A DNA stretch of 64,000 bases, from NCBI GenBank assembly GCA_001244265.2, contig CDLV01000018.1, positions 434,001 to 498,000 of the forward strand. The letters are read 5' to 3'. A model generated the notes under the pieces. The model was not told where the DNA came from and made no database searches. It saw nothing but the letters and a program-made list of their open reading frames with translations. Source of the DNA: Microbotryum violaceum. Lineage: Eukaryota. The position numbers and the translations under genes were made by a program. Positions 12,250 through 24,803 of the stretch are shown here, piece after piece; positions within the stretch are counted from its first letter, which is position 1, and each line of letters opens with the position of its first letter.

Positions 12250-13583
12250 ATGGACATAGACGATCACCCTCATGTGTGGCTCGATCGAGTACAGCGACCT
12301 GAGCTGATCAAGGCTCCGATGTGTGCATGGGTCGGCGGCGATGGCTTGACCACCAGTCGGCGCGTGGGGATGCCCGAGCGCATGGACCGCCAGAACCAGA
12401 GCGGCCCCTGGGCCAACGTTGCTATCGAGACGGCGATCTTCTTCGAGGCAAAGCGTCGGCGGATAGACTATCGTACATATCAACCCTTTGATAACATACT
12501 CATCGACGTCATCGTACGGATACTAGATCAGTTGCCCCTGCTTGACCTTGTCAGATTGAGGCGGATAAATCGGTCGGTCCGTGTTTTCGCTGCCGAGCGT
12601 TAGGCTATTTCACCCAGGTGGTAAATCTGCTGACTCCCGAGTTGCTTTACCCTCTCCCTAGTTCAACCACCTACTCAGATCTCCTCATCTGTATCATACC
12701 TTGTGCATCTCTGCCTCCCCGGCGCCGGCTCCCGAACTGCTGGCTCTATTTCCCTCGCTCCTACCAGGTACCTCCGATCTAACGCTCCGCTCCTTTCCCT
12801 TTCTCGCCCTCGAGCCCTTACTGTGTTCGGTGACTCCGTACCGGTTGCTCCACCTCGACCTGTCCTTCTCGGCTGTTCGGGACGAGCAACTTGAAGCGAT
12901 GGCCGAGGATGGCGCGCTCGCAAGCCTCCGAACTCTTAGGCTCAAGGGGTGCCGAGGCGTGAAAGATGGTGCATGGCTCGCGACGGCGTTGCCAAAAGTC
13001 GAGACGCTCGATCTGAGTTGGAGTGGCGTCGCTACTCTTCCTGCGTCCGTTATTGGGGCTCAAGCTCCGCTCGTAGAGCTCGAGCATGAGCTCCTGTCCA
13101 CTTGGCCAGGATCAGATGATTCGGTCGATTCAGGATATTACTCCGATCTCGAGGTTTCGTCCTTCTTCCACTGTTCATCAACGAAGCCTCGACCCTCAAT
13201 CTGGCCTCCATTACGGCACCTCTCTTTCGTCATGTCCCCATTTGACCGTGGCGACGATCCAAGCCTTCCTCGAATCGGCGATGCCTTCGAGTCTCCGCGC
13301 ACTCGACCTTTCGCACCTCCCACTAGATCATCACATACTCGCTCATCTCAACCTCCAGCCCTCCGACAACTCTAATGCCGAAGCCGACTTGCACCCCCTC
13401 GAAACAATCGATCTGAGAGGTGTCCACGCCGTCACACTCTCGTCTATTCGACGACTCGAACGTCTCTGGGCTCCGCAACGAATCAAGATCCTTCATTCGG
13501 CGATTTTGGAGAGTGATGATGAGGTAGATGTTAGACGTTTTGTGGAGTGGGTCGCGGGTATGCACACGAGGGGTGCGGCTTGA
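12250..13583 (+). CDS. F-box/LRR protein with an apparent frameshift near 13225
   Basis: F-box-like IDVIVRILDQLPLLDLVRLRRINR; LRRs LHLDLSFS, LRTLRLKGC, ETLDLSWS, RALDLSHL and ETIDLRG split across two frames. Confidence 0.7.
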
Positions 13584-13895
13584 TGAGAAGGAGGGGTGGA
13601 GGTGGTTGGGTGGAGGTGGTTTGTCCATTTATTTTGTGTTTCATCAGTTTGTTTTGCTCTGCGATTCGGAAAGCTACTGTGTTGCTTGTATTTCTTCTTC
13701 AGACTGAATATCCTTTGTTGTGCTTCGTCAACTCGAATAGCTCGTTCGATGTTCTTCCGTCCCTTTCCAGACACCTTTGTTGTTTTATCGCGGATAGATC
13801 TTTCCGTAGCGTCTCGTTCTGTATTGTATTACCCATGCCACATTATTCTGGATGTACTCTAAGACCTTTCAGTCAAAAACCCCGTCGTCGTGCTA

Positions 13896-16218
13896 TCAAA
13901 AGCGAGGTGACGAATACGGCACCTCGACGTGTTCCGTGACCCTAACCCCTTCAATATCCTCGGTCTTTTCATCTTCGTCGGAATGTAAGTGCTTGCGTTG
14001 ACAACGTTTTCGTAATCCCCATGTGATGAAATACCAACTGGCAAAAACGACGATGAATAAAGCGACGACACCAGCCCCTAGGTAACCCGCTGTGGTGGGG
14101 GACGACCGGGGCGCGAAGCGAATGAGTTAAAAGGGGCTATTGCGTTGTAGAGCTTTGGGTCCCAGCTCACAATTGTCATTCGCGGTCCCCCAGAACCTCC
14201 ACCAACGACCATCGAGGTTTGGACTTGTTTCAGCTGCTTGAGCGCAGGCTGTACATTTCTCTAGGGCGAGGCTGCGAAGGGAGAACGAAGAGGTTAGAAG
14301 GGAGTATCTTTGCAAGTGCTTGCGTGAAGGTGCGAATACTTACCCCATGAATTCGGTGATGGAAATGAGTAGGGCGAGAACGATCTACGTAAGGCACATG
14401 GAAACGACAACCAGCGCACAGTATTCAAAGCTTTCAACCTTCAACCTCACGACGTACCGAAAGGATCGTCAAAACTGTCGAGATCCTTAACAACCCTTCC
14501 TCATCCGCAGTCCCCAAAACGCCCAACTCGACACGCTCCTCCTCCCCTTCCCTCACCCACCACTTCCACCTCTTCTTCTCCTTAAACCTCTCCCACGAAT
14601 AACCCCAACACATGCCGATGTTATCGATCGAATCGACGAGCGTCATGCCCGCCGTAAAGAGGAGAGGTAGGATCAAAATTTCGCTCGTCTTAATTCCGGC
14701 TCGGAGGGAGCCATCGGAAGAGATGGATTGACGACGTGCGAGGGCGGATATGCCGAGAAGGGTTATTTCGGACGCGGTGTCGAATCCGAGGCCGAAAAGG
14801 ACGCCTATGAAGTACATCTTGTAGGGGCGATTGATGAGCGCGAATAAGGGACGGCCGAGGCGGGTTAGGCAGGTAGTGGTGGGGAGTCGGGTAGGAGCAG
14901 CTGGTGGGGTAGGTGACGTGGCCCTGAAATCCGGCTGTGCTTCAAGGTCTTTGGAAGGCGTTTCGGGGACGTCCACTGTCGAGATGGTCGCGGCAGCGGC
15001 GGCAGCATTTCGGCGCTGTGGGAGAAACGGGTGATGAGGCTCCTGACGGACATTTCTCGGGCTCTCCGACGCCGTTTTCACTGACCTTGCGAGCTTCCCG
15101 CAGTGTTGCAAACAAGATTGCAGAGTTAATGAGTGCTGTAGAGTATGCACAAGCTTAGTATCAGTCATTTTCTTCTGGACTAGAATTCTCGACTCTCGAG
15201 CGTGAGCAAGCAGAAAAAGTTACCGACCGAGCAAGAGCAAAAACGATGCCGAGATGGAGACACCTGGACCAGGAAGCAGGGGAAAGGGATGATCAGTCAC
15301 ACGTCCCGCATCATTCTCTTCATTTTCGTTTTCTCTCGAGCAACACCTACCGATCACCCCTCCGATCGCGCTAACATTGTCCATCTTGTCGATCGCCGAG
15401 GTGGCGATGACGATGCTGATATAGGAGATCACAAGGTTGAGCATGCAGCCACTGTATCAGCTACCACCCTCATTCTTTGTGATTCATAATTTGATTGCTC
15501 ACGCTATTGTCGCAGCGACGACGATGGTGGAATGCCCGATGGAGAAAAAGAGGCCGACGGTGACGGGCAACCTCCCCAAGGCGACGAGATTTCGTGTCAC
15601 TGAGGAGGGAATCGCGTTAGGTTTGGTTTGTTACGGGAGGAAAGAGTAAATCATCGTGTCAGCGAGTTTTATGAGATCTGAAGAATTTGACGGATTTGAG
15701 TGAGAGATGTGTTCTTACCATTGTCGATCGCGACAATATGATCCATGTCGAGCCCGTGCCGGAGTCCGAGCGTCCATGCGATCAGGCAGAGTGAGAGGAT
15801 GCCTCTGGAGAGAAGTTGGAGGTGTGTCAGTGGGCTCTCTCCGGATTTCTCCACTGAAAACGAGTACGCTCCAGTAATAGGTCCTTGGCCCCTCCATCTT
15901 CACACAGAACAGGAGTAGCTGCTCCTCATCCTGGAAGCCATTCCAACAGAAGCATCGATCCCAAACTCACCTCCTCCCCTGATCCCCAACAAACAGCGCC
16001 AACGCCACGCCCCAAAGTAACACATTCACCACCAGTTCCCCCACCAGAACCAAGACCGATCGACCGAACAAGGAGACGCGTCGAATCTTTTCGTGCTGCA
16101 GGCGAGCGATAAGCGACGGCTCGGACGGGCGTGCAGGTGTTGGGCGGTCGCCGGGGTTTGGTGAAGAAGAGGTAGAGGGGAGTGGGTCTATGGCCTCTTT
16201 CGAAAGAGAGCTCACCAT
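13896..16218 (-). CDS. NIC1: High-affinity nickel/cobalt transporter (NiCoT family), multi-exon
   Basis: LGLRHGLDMDHIVAIDN, GLFFSIGHSTIV, LFGLGFDTASE and LPLLFTAGMTLVDS signature motifs. Confidence 0.9.
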
Positions 16219-16550
16219 CGGTGATGACTTGGTCTTCGAAAGGCGGGCCTTGTTGGACGAAAGACAGGGGATCGCTTCAGCTGGTTCGCACACGCGAGTC
16301 GACTTCGATCATTCTCTCCCGCCAGCGCGGCCGCAGCCGAGAGCGACCGCGGAGTTCGCGGAGCTCGCACAAAACCGGGTCCGCTTGAACATGATACACC
16401 GTGGTAGGGGTTATATCGGAAGTGACGCAGTAGAAGAGCAGTCATCATCGTTATTCTTCATGGTTGCAACCTTATTCCATCACTTCAAGCCATGTTTCGC
16501 GCACCACTGTAGCGTACTTCCCTCAATCACGTGACTCTACCCCAACATCC

Positions 16551-18803
16551 TCACACGCCCAATAACGTCGCTTTCCCCAAACCCTTCCTCAACTCCTTCT
16601 CAACCTCCTCCATCACCTCCTCACACATATCCACCTCCTCCTCCCCAACCCCACTCCCATCCCCACCCCAGATCTCAACCAAATATCTCTTGACCAACCC
16701 CGCTCTTTCCAAAGCTTTTTCCACGATTGAAGGGCCTTTCAAAGATCCACCTCCCCCTGTCTCGGGCGCGGCTGCGGACCTCCGTCGGGGAGGAAGAGAA
16801 CGGATCGGGGTCCCCTGTGTATGTAAAGTGGTGGACGAACCCGAGGGGATTTGGGTAGGCACCCCTCGAAGGAGTTGTAGAATCGGAGGAAGGGAAAGTC
16901 GAGTGTTGAAATAGGGGATCTCGGAAGGAAGGATGACGGTCGTCGTGGCCGATGACTTGTCCGTTTCTGATTTTGTTACGGTTTGAAGAGCGGAAGACAG
17001 ATCCTGAGAAGGAGGGGGAGCACCGCCTTCGAGGCCGATGACAGAGGATTGTTGGCTCATGGGTCTTCGACGAGGGGAGGCGTGCAGGCCGCTTAGGTGC
17101 GATGGGATGGAAGAGGCCAATTGAGATTCGGAGGTGGAGGAGGTCGTGGTGGCGAGTTGAAGAGGTGGTAGGGGGTGTGAAGTGAGCTCGAGGTAACGAG
17201 CCAAGATGCGAATGACAAAGTGTGGGTGGGAGGTCGTGGTGAAGTGCTATTAAGGGTGAGGGGCGGGAATGCAAGCTGAGTATACGAGCAGGGGGAGAGA
17301 CAGGGGAGTAGCAACACACCTCGAGAAAGCTCGGCAAACTATTCAGAGACAAGTCTCGCATTCGACCTGCGATGTCACCGACCCAGGCGAGGTGGTTCAG
17401 GCGACCTATAACGGCGGCATTGGATACCTAAAGAGAGAAAGCCGAAAGTGAGCTCGATTTTCGATCCAGGTCCTCAGCGAATCACAGGCGAAGACCCACC
17501 AGAGCCAGCAAACGACTAGCGATCCTCCTCTTCTCGGACAACTCCATCTCGAACAACCTCTCGTCATGCGAATCTTCCGCATCCTGGTCGTGGGTCTTTG
17601 AGTCTCGCACGTCATACTCGGTGGCAACTTTACTGAACGGCCAAAAGACGATATCGAGCACCCGGGGCGAAACTTCCCTGATCCCGATCGAGTTGGATTT
17701 GAACGTCTGCATCAGACTAGGTGTAAAACCCACCTCTCGCGCCCCTGTCAAGACATGTCATCAGCGACTCTGCTGCAGATCGATCCGAAGTCGGTCACTC
17801 TGCTGTCGTCCTCACCATTCGGCGTCTGGACCTTCATCCTCTGTTCGTCCTCCCAACTTGCGACGAACATCCCCAACGTCTCCCACCCCCCTTTCGTCAA
17901 GGGCCTATCCTTATCCCTACTCTTGGGAACTCGATCGGCCGAACCACCCAATAGAGCCCAGACGTCCTCGCACGTCGTTCGCTGAGCCATTCGACGAGCG
18001 GAAACGACGAGTTCGGTATCGTCGTCTTCGGCTTCGTCGATGATAACTTCGTCCAGGCGACCGTCATCGATCGGACCATTGTCGGGGTTGAGGGACTTGG
18101 AAGTCGGTAGATAGTCCTCGTATAAGGCTTGGAGCAATGGATCCCTCGGTGCATGACCGGGTACGGAACGAAGAATTGCTTGGACGCTGTTGGATCGAGC
18201 GATGCGTTCAAGCAGATGGAGTGCTTGGAGTCGCAGCTTGCGTTCGGTCAAGGGAATCGGATCGAGGGTCGTAGATGAGACAGTTGGGGTCAGAGTTGAT
18301 GTGGAAGTCGTGGTAGAGGGTCCATCGAGGGAGGAGAGCGTGCTCAACGAGAGAGAGAGCAGTTGGCGGATATGGGTTCTGGTGGACAGGCGGCGTAGTC
18401 AGCATGGCACTCTTCACGGCCTGCACATCTGTGCACTTACTGATGCGGTATCTGATGATGAGCAATCATACCCTCGAGTGCCAACAAAGCCTCGTCGTCT
18501 GTTGAGAGCCCCTATTCAGTCAGCCTCCTGACCCCCGCTTGCCCCCCAATTGCACGCCGAAGCTGAGGAGGACATACAATTCCTCTCCTCCAGAATAGCA
18601 TCAAAGAAGTTGACCAACACATGATTGAACCCCGCTGGCTTCCGAATCCCCTTCGTCGCAGCTGCCAACGCAGAACGGGCTTTGGTAGTCGTTGCTAAAA
18701 GAGATTGGCTACGGGCCGAGTCCATGCCTTGCAGACGGGGTGACTTGGCATCACCGGATGATGGGTGGGCCAGGGCGGCTCTTTTCACAGGTACTGCGGT
18801 CAT
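16551..18803 (-). CDS. Hypothetical protein, multi-exon
   Basis: ORFs 18516..18941, 17748..18347, 17482..17751 and 16551..17204 can be joined through GT-AG introns, including a small exon ~17320-17427. No recognised domain. Confidence 0.55.
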
Positions 18804-19650
18804 CTTGGCTGGTGCAAGAGGTTGAGGTAGGTGCAGATGAGGGGGTGCCGAAGCGACAAGTCGACGCGTCGAGGCGCGCTCATATCCAGACCCGAGTCGC
18901 GACTTTCTTCGCGTGTTTATCAATGTTCGCTTCTTACACAAATCGGGCGACGAAAGTATAGTGATGGGGTTTGATCTTTTTCCAATTACTGAGCTTTACC
19001 AAGTCCGAGCGGGCCTTAGCAGATCCAGGTCTTTTCCCCTTCACTCGTCTTGCCAATCCATTGGTAGCCTGAGTAGTCGGATGAGTAATGATCAATTTGG
19101 AGAGTCTCCCAATCTCCCCGGGCCCAAAGGGGTACGTACCGCTGCAGCCTCAGTGGCGGCGGGCCATGGTGTGGTACCCTAGTCATCGACCCAAGGGATC
19201 ATTGACCAAAGCTCAACTCATTTCATCTTCGAACGTCTGAACCCACTCGATGGGGGAACCAACCCTCCCTCGCTTCAGCACTTGAAGCACGCCAACTCTA
19301 CTTGCAGCCCCCCCACTTGGTGCGGCGGAGCCGAGTCGCCTTTGCTGGCAGGTCCAGCCTCTGTCGCGCTGCATACGAGTGCATACGTATGCAGGCATGT
19401 GCACATACGCGATTCTCTTTCATTAAGACGTCTCTGCGCAATTGCATATATGTGTACCTTCGTGCTCGCGCGGATCGAATTGAACCGGCGCAACTTGCTT
19501 CTTTGCGAAACCCCCTTTAGTCTTCGTGGCCTAGGCTTTCACTCTTTCTTGCATTGAATCTCATCTTATCATCTATCGTATACTCCTTCCGTTGAGAGTC
19601 CTGTACAGTGCGGTCAGAACCATCTTCTCCACTACAATCACCTCCACTCT

Positions 19651-22600
19651 TTACTTCCTTGTCCGCAAAGCTCGAGTCCTCGTCGTCATGGTCGTCGGCT
19701 CCTCGGCCTGTTCAACAGGCTTGACCGCCGCAGTTCGTCGCTTCGGCCTGGTCTCAACCGGCGCAACGTTCTCCGTATTCACGACTACAGCCGCCTTGCG
19801 GGCTCGAGTAGTCTTTACCACGATAGGGACTGATGAGTGCTCTTGCTCCTCCTCCTGCTGATGTTGTGGAGTGTGCTTCAGCGCCGAACGACTGCGCGCT
19901 TTTCGGACCACTTTGGGCTCGGCGACGACGGTGACGGGTTCCGGAGTCGGTTCGGGTTCATCTTCATGGAAGACCAAGGGGACCGCTTTGGTGGTTCGTC
20001 CCTTTCGAGCCGCGGGCTTCGACTTGGGCACGGGTTCGGGTTCTGTGAGTCTCACCGCACGAGTCAGCTGCAGCCGGAAAACTCAGGGTTCGAGGCTGGA
20101 AAGAGACTTACGAATCTCCTCAGCAACAACCTCTACATCCGGGACGGCCTTCTTCTTCGACACCGTTGCACGCTTAGGCTTGACCGTCTCGATCTTCGGC
20201 TCTTCGACGACCGCAAGCTTCTGAACAGGCGCCACGACTTCGACCTGGACCTCGGGCTCAAGAGCTTTCTTTCCGCGTCCTCGGATCGTCTTCTTCTCCA
20301 CCACGACCGGAATCTCAGCCTCCTCTTCAACGACGGCGGCGACGCTGACCTGACGTCTAGTCATAGCCCTTTTCGCTATTGTCGAAGTCGCCTTCTTCGC
20401 TCGACTCGCTCGGGCAGGCTTCTCGACGACGACTTCCTCAGCAGTAGGTTCGAGCACAGGGTTCTTCTCGACTGCTTCAACGACAACTTCGACGGCGGCG
20501 ACGGGAACACGTTTGGTCCGAGTTGCCTTCTTCCGTGCTGAGGCTGGTGCTGTCTGTTCCTCGACAGCGTCCTCCTGTTGTTCTTCGATAGGAGCAGCAA
20601 CGACGTCCGGTTCCAAAGATTCGACGACAACGGCTGGTTCAGGAGTTGCGGTTTGGACGACATCGGGCATGACAGGGGTTGCGATCTCGGCAGCAGCTTC
20701 GAACGAACGCGTTTCGATCGAGTGAGTTCCAGCATGTTCGAGCGGTGACTTTGACTGTACTTCTTGAACCGATTGGACGACGGGTTCTTCGATCAGAGGC
20801 TCGACTACCTTAACCACCTCGACATCCTTAACGACCTCGATGACCTCTGGTACTTCTTCCACGACCACGAAGCTCTTCTGCGCCACCGGCGACACACTCT
20901 TCTCCGTCGCCGCAGCAGGCGTCAACAACAACTCCTTCAAGCCCTCATCACCCGGCGTCTTGCCCGTACGCTCCCCGATCGTGGTCACGGACGAAGAAGA
21001 AGAAGAAGCAGGCGTCTTGAACATCATTTTGGACCCATTCATCTTGGGCGTAATAGCGCTAGGAACAGAAGGAGCAAATAATCTCTTGAGACTCGTCGAA
21101 TGGTTTGGTGTTGGATCACCCATCACCAATGAATGGGCTTGTTGATGACCTGGTGCGGGGCGAGTGGGAGTGGCGAATTCGAGGTCATCGTCTTCTGTTG
21201 TTGGGGCGGGGGCGGGGACGGGTTTGGAAGTGGAAGGGATGGGCTTGGTGGATTTCGGCGCGGTAAGAGGTTCGCCGAACCGGATGGGCGATCCAGGTCG
21301 ATAAGGCGTTTCAGTAACGGGGGGAGTACCATTCGACGATGAACTGTTGACGTGTGATCGCAAATCCTCCATCCTCTGCTTGAGCGCCAAAATCGAATTC
21401 GTCGTTGTCGTGGCAGGCGCCACCTTGCCCTCTTCCTCCCTCCCCAGAATCGGCAACGAAGATGCACTCCCCATCCTCACCGCCGAACCAATCTTAATCG
21501 CACTTCCACCCACACCCGGCGTCCCATCAACCCTCTGAGCCCTCCTTATAGGCGTCCCATTCGAAGCGAACAATCGACTCGCTTTCGTACTCGAGGGCAA
21601 ACCACCTGAACGTCTCGATTGTCCGATGCTGAAAGTCTTGGGGGTCCCGAAGACTGGCCCTGAGGGAGCTAGTTGGGCGAGAGCGGCTTTCATTGATTCG
21701 GAGGGGGTCATACCACCCAATGGCGCTTTACGAACTGAGACTGGTGCGGGTAGAGGTGTCGAAGGTAGAGTTGGGGAAGGAGGGAGAGGGATCTTTATCG
21801 GGTCCACAGGGGTCTTTTCAACCGCGCTCGTAACGACACTCTCCTCCTCCGCATCCTCTGCCCTCCATTGCAAACCCGGTTCTCGGATATCCACGATTTC
21901 TTTGACGTAAACCGACTCGTTGAACACGACCCTTCTCTTGACCGTCGAAGGTGGGGCTTGTAAGAATCCTTTGATCGACTTGCGTCGACCACTCATCACC
22001 ATGGGTCGTAGGGCAGATTTGGGGGTGGCCATGACGCGGTGGTGATTGATGGGACTGGTCATTTCGGGAGTGAAGGTCGGGCGGAACTCGAATGTTGGTG
22101 CGCAGGAGATGGGGGTGCTTCGTGTGGGAGTAGAGTGGTAGACAAAGCCGGAGAATTTGTTGGGGGAAGTTGTGGACTCGGGGGTGCGGGCAACAGAGGC
22201 GCTGGCACTGGGGCTAGGAGCAGAAGATGGTGTTGGAGTGGCCGTCTTGGCAAGTTGCAATTCAGGTATGAAGATGGTCCGAGCTGCTTGAGGTGTATAG
22301 GAGTAGGTCGAGCCGGAAGGCGTTTCGGGTAAGGGGGCTGATGCCGCTTGGCGTGCTTCGGCGGAGGTGGGTATCAGGCGCGGGACCGTGATCATCTGGA
22401 CCGGCGTAAAGTGGGCGATCATGGACTGCGAGAAGGATATCGACTCTCATCAGTACCGCTTCGGCCACGCCATCTTCTTGGAATCGAGCTTACCTCACTC
22501 GCAACCTCGACCTCCGCCTCAGCTTCATCAACGTCCATCGCGTCATCCTCAACGTCGTCTTCCTCGTCCTGGTCGTCACTATCCCGCCTAGGGGTCAACA

Positions 22601-24349
22601 GTGATCCATTTCTCCCCCTGACCAAGTCCAATGAGTCCCTCGGCGTCTTTGCTGGACTCAAATTTGGGCCCATTCCGTTCTGAGACGGCGTCAATTCGAC
22701 TGAACCCATCTCCTCGCTCGAGGAAGATGCGCCACTCGATTGAGAAGGCGTCAAATGCGGTATGATATAACTCTTGATCGCCGAACGAATGAGGACTTTT
22801 TCCCTCAACGAATGACGACGCGTCAACGAGTGTCGAGGGATCATAGGAACAGAAGTAGGGGATTCGGTCGGTGTGGCCGGGAGAGGGATCTTCGTCGCTA
22901 GGGTAGGGATGGGGGTAAGAGGGAATGGAGGAGGTACGTCCGCGTCCGCTTCGGCGATTTCGTCGTAGGATGAATCGGAATCCGAGGCGTTCGCTTCTTC
23001 GTCGTCACTTGGGACTAGGGAAGTAGTCGCCACCTCTCCCACGGCGGGAGAAAGCAACAAAGTACTAATCCTCTTCGAAGTACTCGAGGACCTCTTCGTA
23101 GGCGTCGTCGGTTCGGCGACGCGTTTAGACGCAGGTGTAGGAGAAGTAGGTCTCCACTCCTCTTCTTCCGCCTCGGCTTTGGCTTGAGCCAACTCGAGTT
23201 TCTCTTGACGTTCTTTGATCCAATCTTCGGCTTGATCGGTGGGAACGATTGTCATTCGCATGGACAGACGACGTTCCTTTCGAATGGTGGGTAAGGCGTT
23301 CACTCGACGGTCGGCTGACATGGGAGAATGGAGGGATCGTGCTCGTTGGTCAAGGGAAGGGGTGGCTTGGTGAACGAGAGGAGCTTCCGGCGGGGGCGGG
23401 TTCTCCTCGTCTTCATCATTTTCCACTTCCTCTTCTTCCCACGTCACCAAATCGCCCACTTCATCATCCATCTCATCCCACTGCGCCAAATCAGTGTGGA
23501 CCAAATCGAACGGTGTAGGTGCGAGCGATTGCTGAACTATGGGAGAAGCAGGTGCTGAGGATCGGAAGGGGGATAAGAGTCCGCTGAGGAGAGAGACAGC
23601 TCTCTTGGGTGAAGTCGGCGTGGTTTCTTCGCAGGGCCAGACGAGGGATAGGCGTGGGGAAGACGTCGCGATGTTGGGTCGGACAGGGGTCTTTACGGGG
23701 AGAATTGAGTCGAGTGTGAGCTGTGCTCAAATAAAAATGAAGGGTTCGCATGAAGACTGACATCTATTTTGACGTCGATGAGGGTGGCTGCTCCCCATTT
23801 GAATGTCCGGTCGCAAATGACGATCAGGTCCCCGTCGTTGAGGTTGGCGGATTCGCTGGGAGGTTATTGAAAGGGGTTAGGGATCGAAGGCGACGAGACG
23901 ACTATCCGCGTGTCTGCGCAATTCACCCTTTATTGATCAATCTCCCGTTTAAGAAGAGCCCGTTCACACCTGAACATCCAATGACGGCCTAGGGATGTGA
24001 AAGTAAGAGCATGTCGGGACCAACAAGGCATAGTCAGCTCCCGGGCCGATGTTTCCCACCCGGCTACTCCCTGACCTCGTAGGGCGCGTCCGTATCGACC
24101 GTAATTGTGGCGTGTACTTTGGAGCATGTCTCAAAAGCCATACGACAGTCATTCGAAGAGAGCCTACAACAATACGAAAGCGGATGAGCGACACTTGGAG
24201 GTTGAGTGAAGCCACCGGGAACCAGACACGGTCACTCACCGACCAAAGGTGAACACAGGCTTGACGAGGGACAGCCCTCGGGGTTTCCTATGCGGTTTGG
24301 TGCTGTCCAACTTGACCCATGTTACGGAGCCGTAGGACTGGACTTGGAC
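19651..24349 (-). CDS. Large N-terminal FHA-domain protein with disordered TP/SP-rich body and RVxF motif
   Basis: Spliced small exons read FTFGR-LSSNDCRMAFETCSKVHATI / SGVNGLFLNG / LNDGDLIVICDRTFKW (FHA GR, SxxH and NG motifs). These are followed by ORFs 22419..23504, 20083..22422 and 19651..20055. Confidence 0.75.
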
Positions 24350-24803
24350 CATCGCGCATGCGGCGAATACGGAATACGGAGCACGGAGCGAGAATGTTGA
24401 TTGATGGTCGGCGCGCCGTGGCTGAGCTCGGTCGACTTTGACCGCGGAGTGACGTAATGGCGAGTCGAGGCTGATGTTTGTTGTGACGTAGCACAAGAAG
24501 GAAAAGTAAAACCAGAGAAAGGAAGGGGGCCTGTAAAACGAAACACCAAAGTGGGGAGACCGGACGAACAGGAAACAAAGAGTTGGAAAACTCGCGCCGC
24601 CAGACCCCGCGCGCGAGTTGCTTGAGTCTGCTCTAGTCTGCTTAAGTCGGATTAGGTCAGATTAGGCCAGAATTAGGTCAATGTATGCGCTCAAACACTC
24701 GCACCCCGCTCGCACGGACCTCTGGTATGACGTTGTGCGCCCCTTTCCAGTCTCGATCGGCTCGTGTCTACCTCATCGCGTGTTCCCGGCATCCCCATCC
24801 ACG

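Noticed and set aside
24644..24680. Three ATTAGG(T/C)CA units resembling telomeric repeats
   Set aside because: Too short and degenerate; more likely a local promoter micro-duplication.
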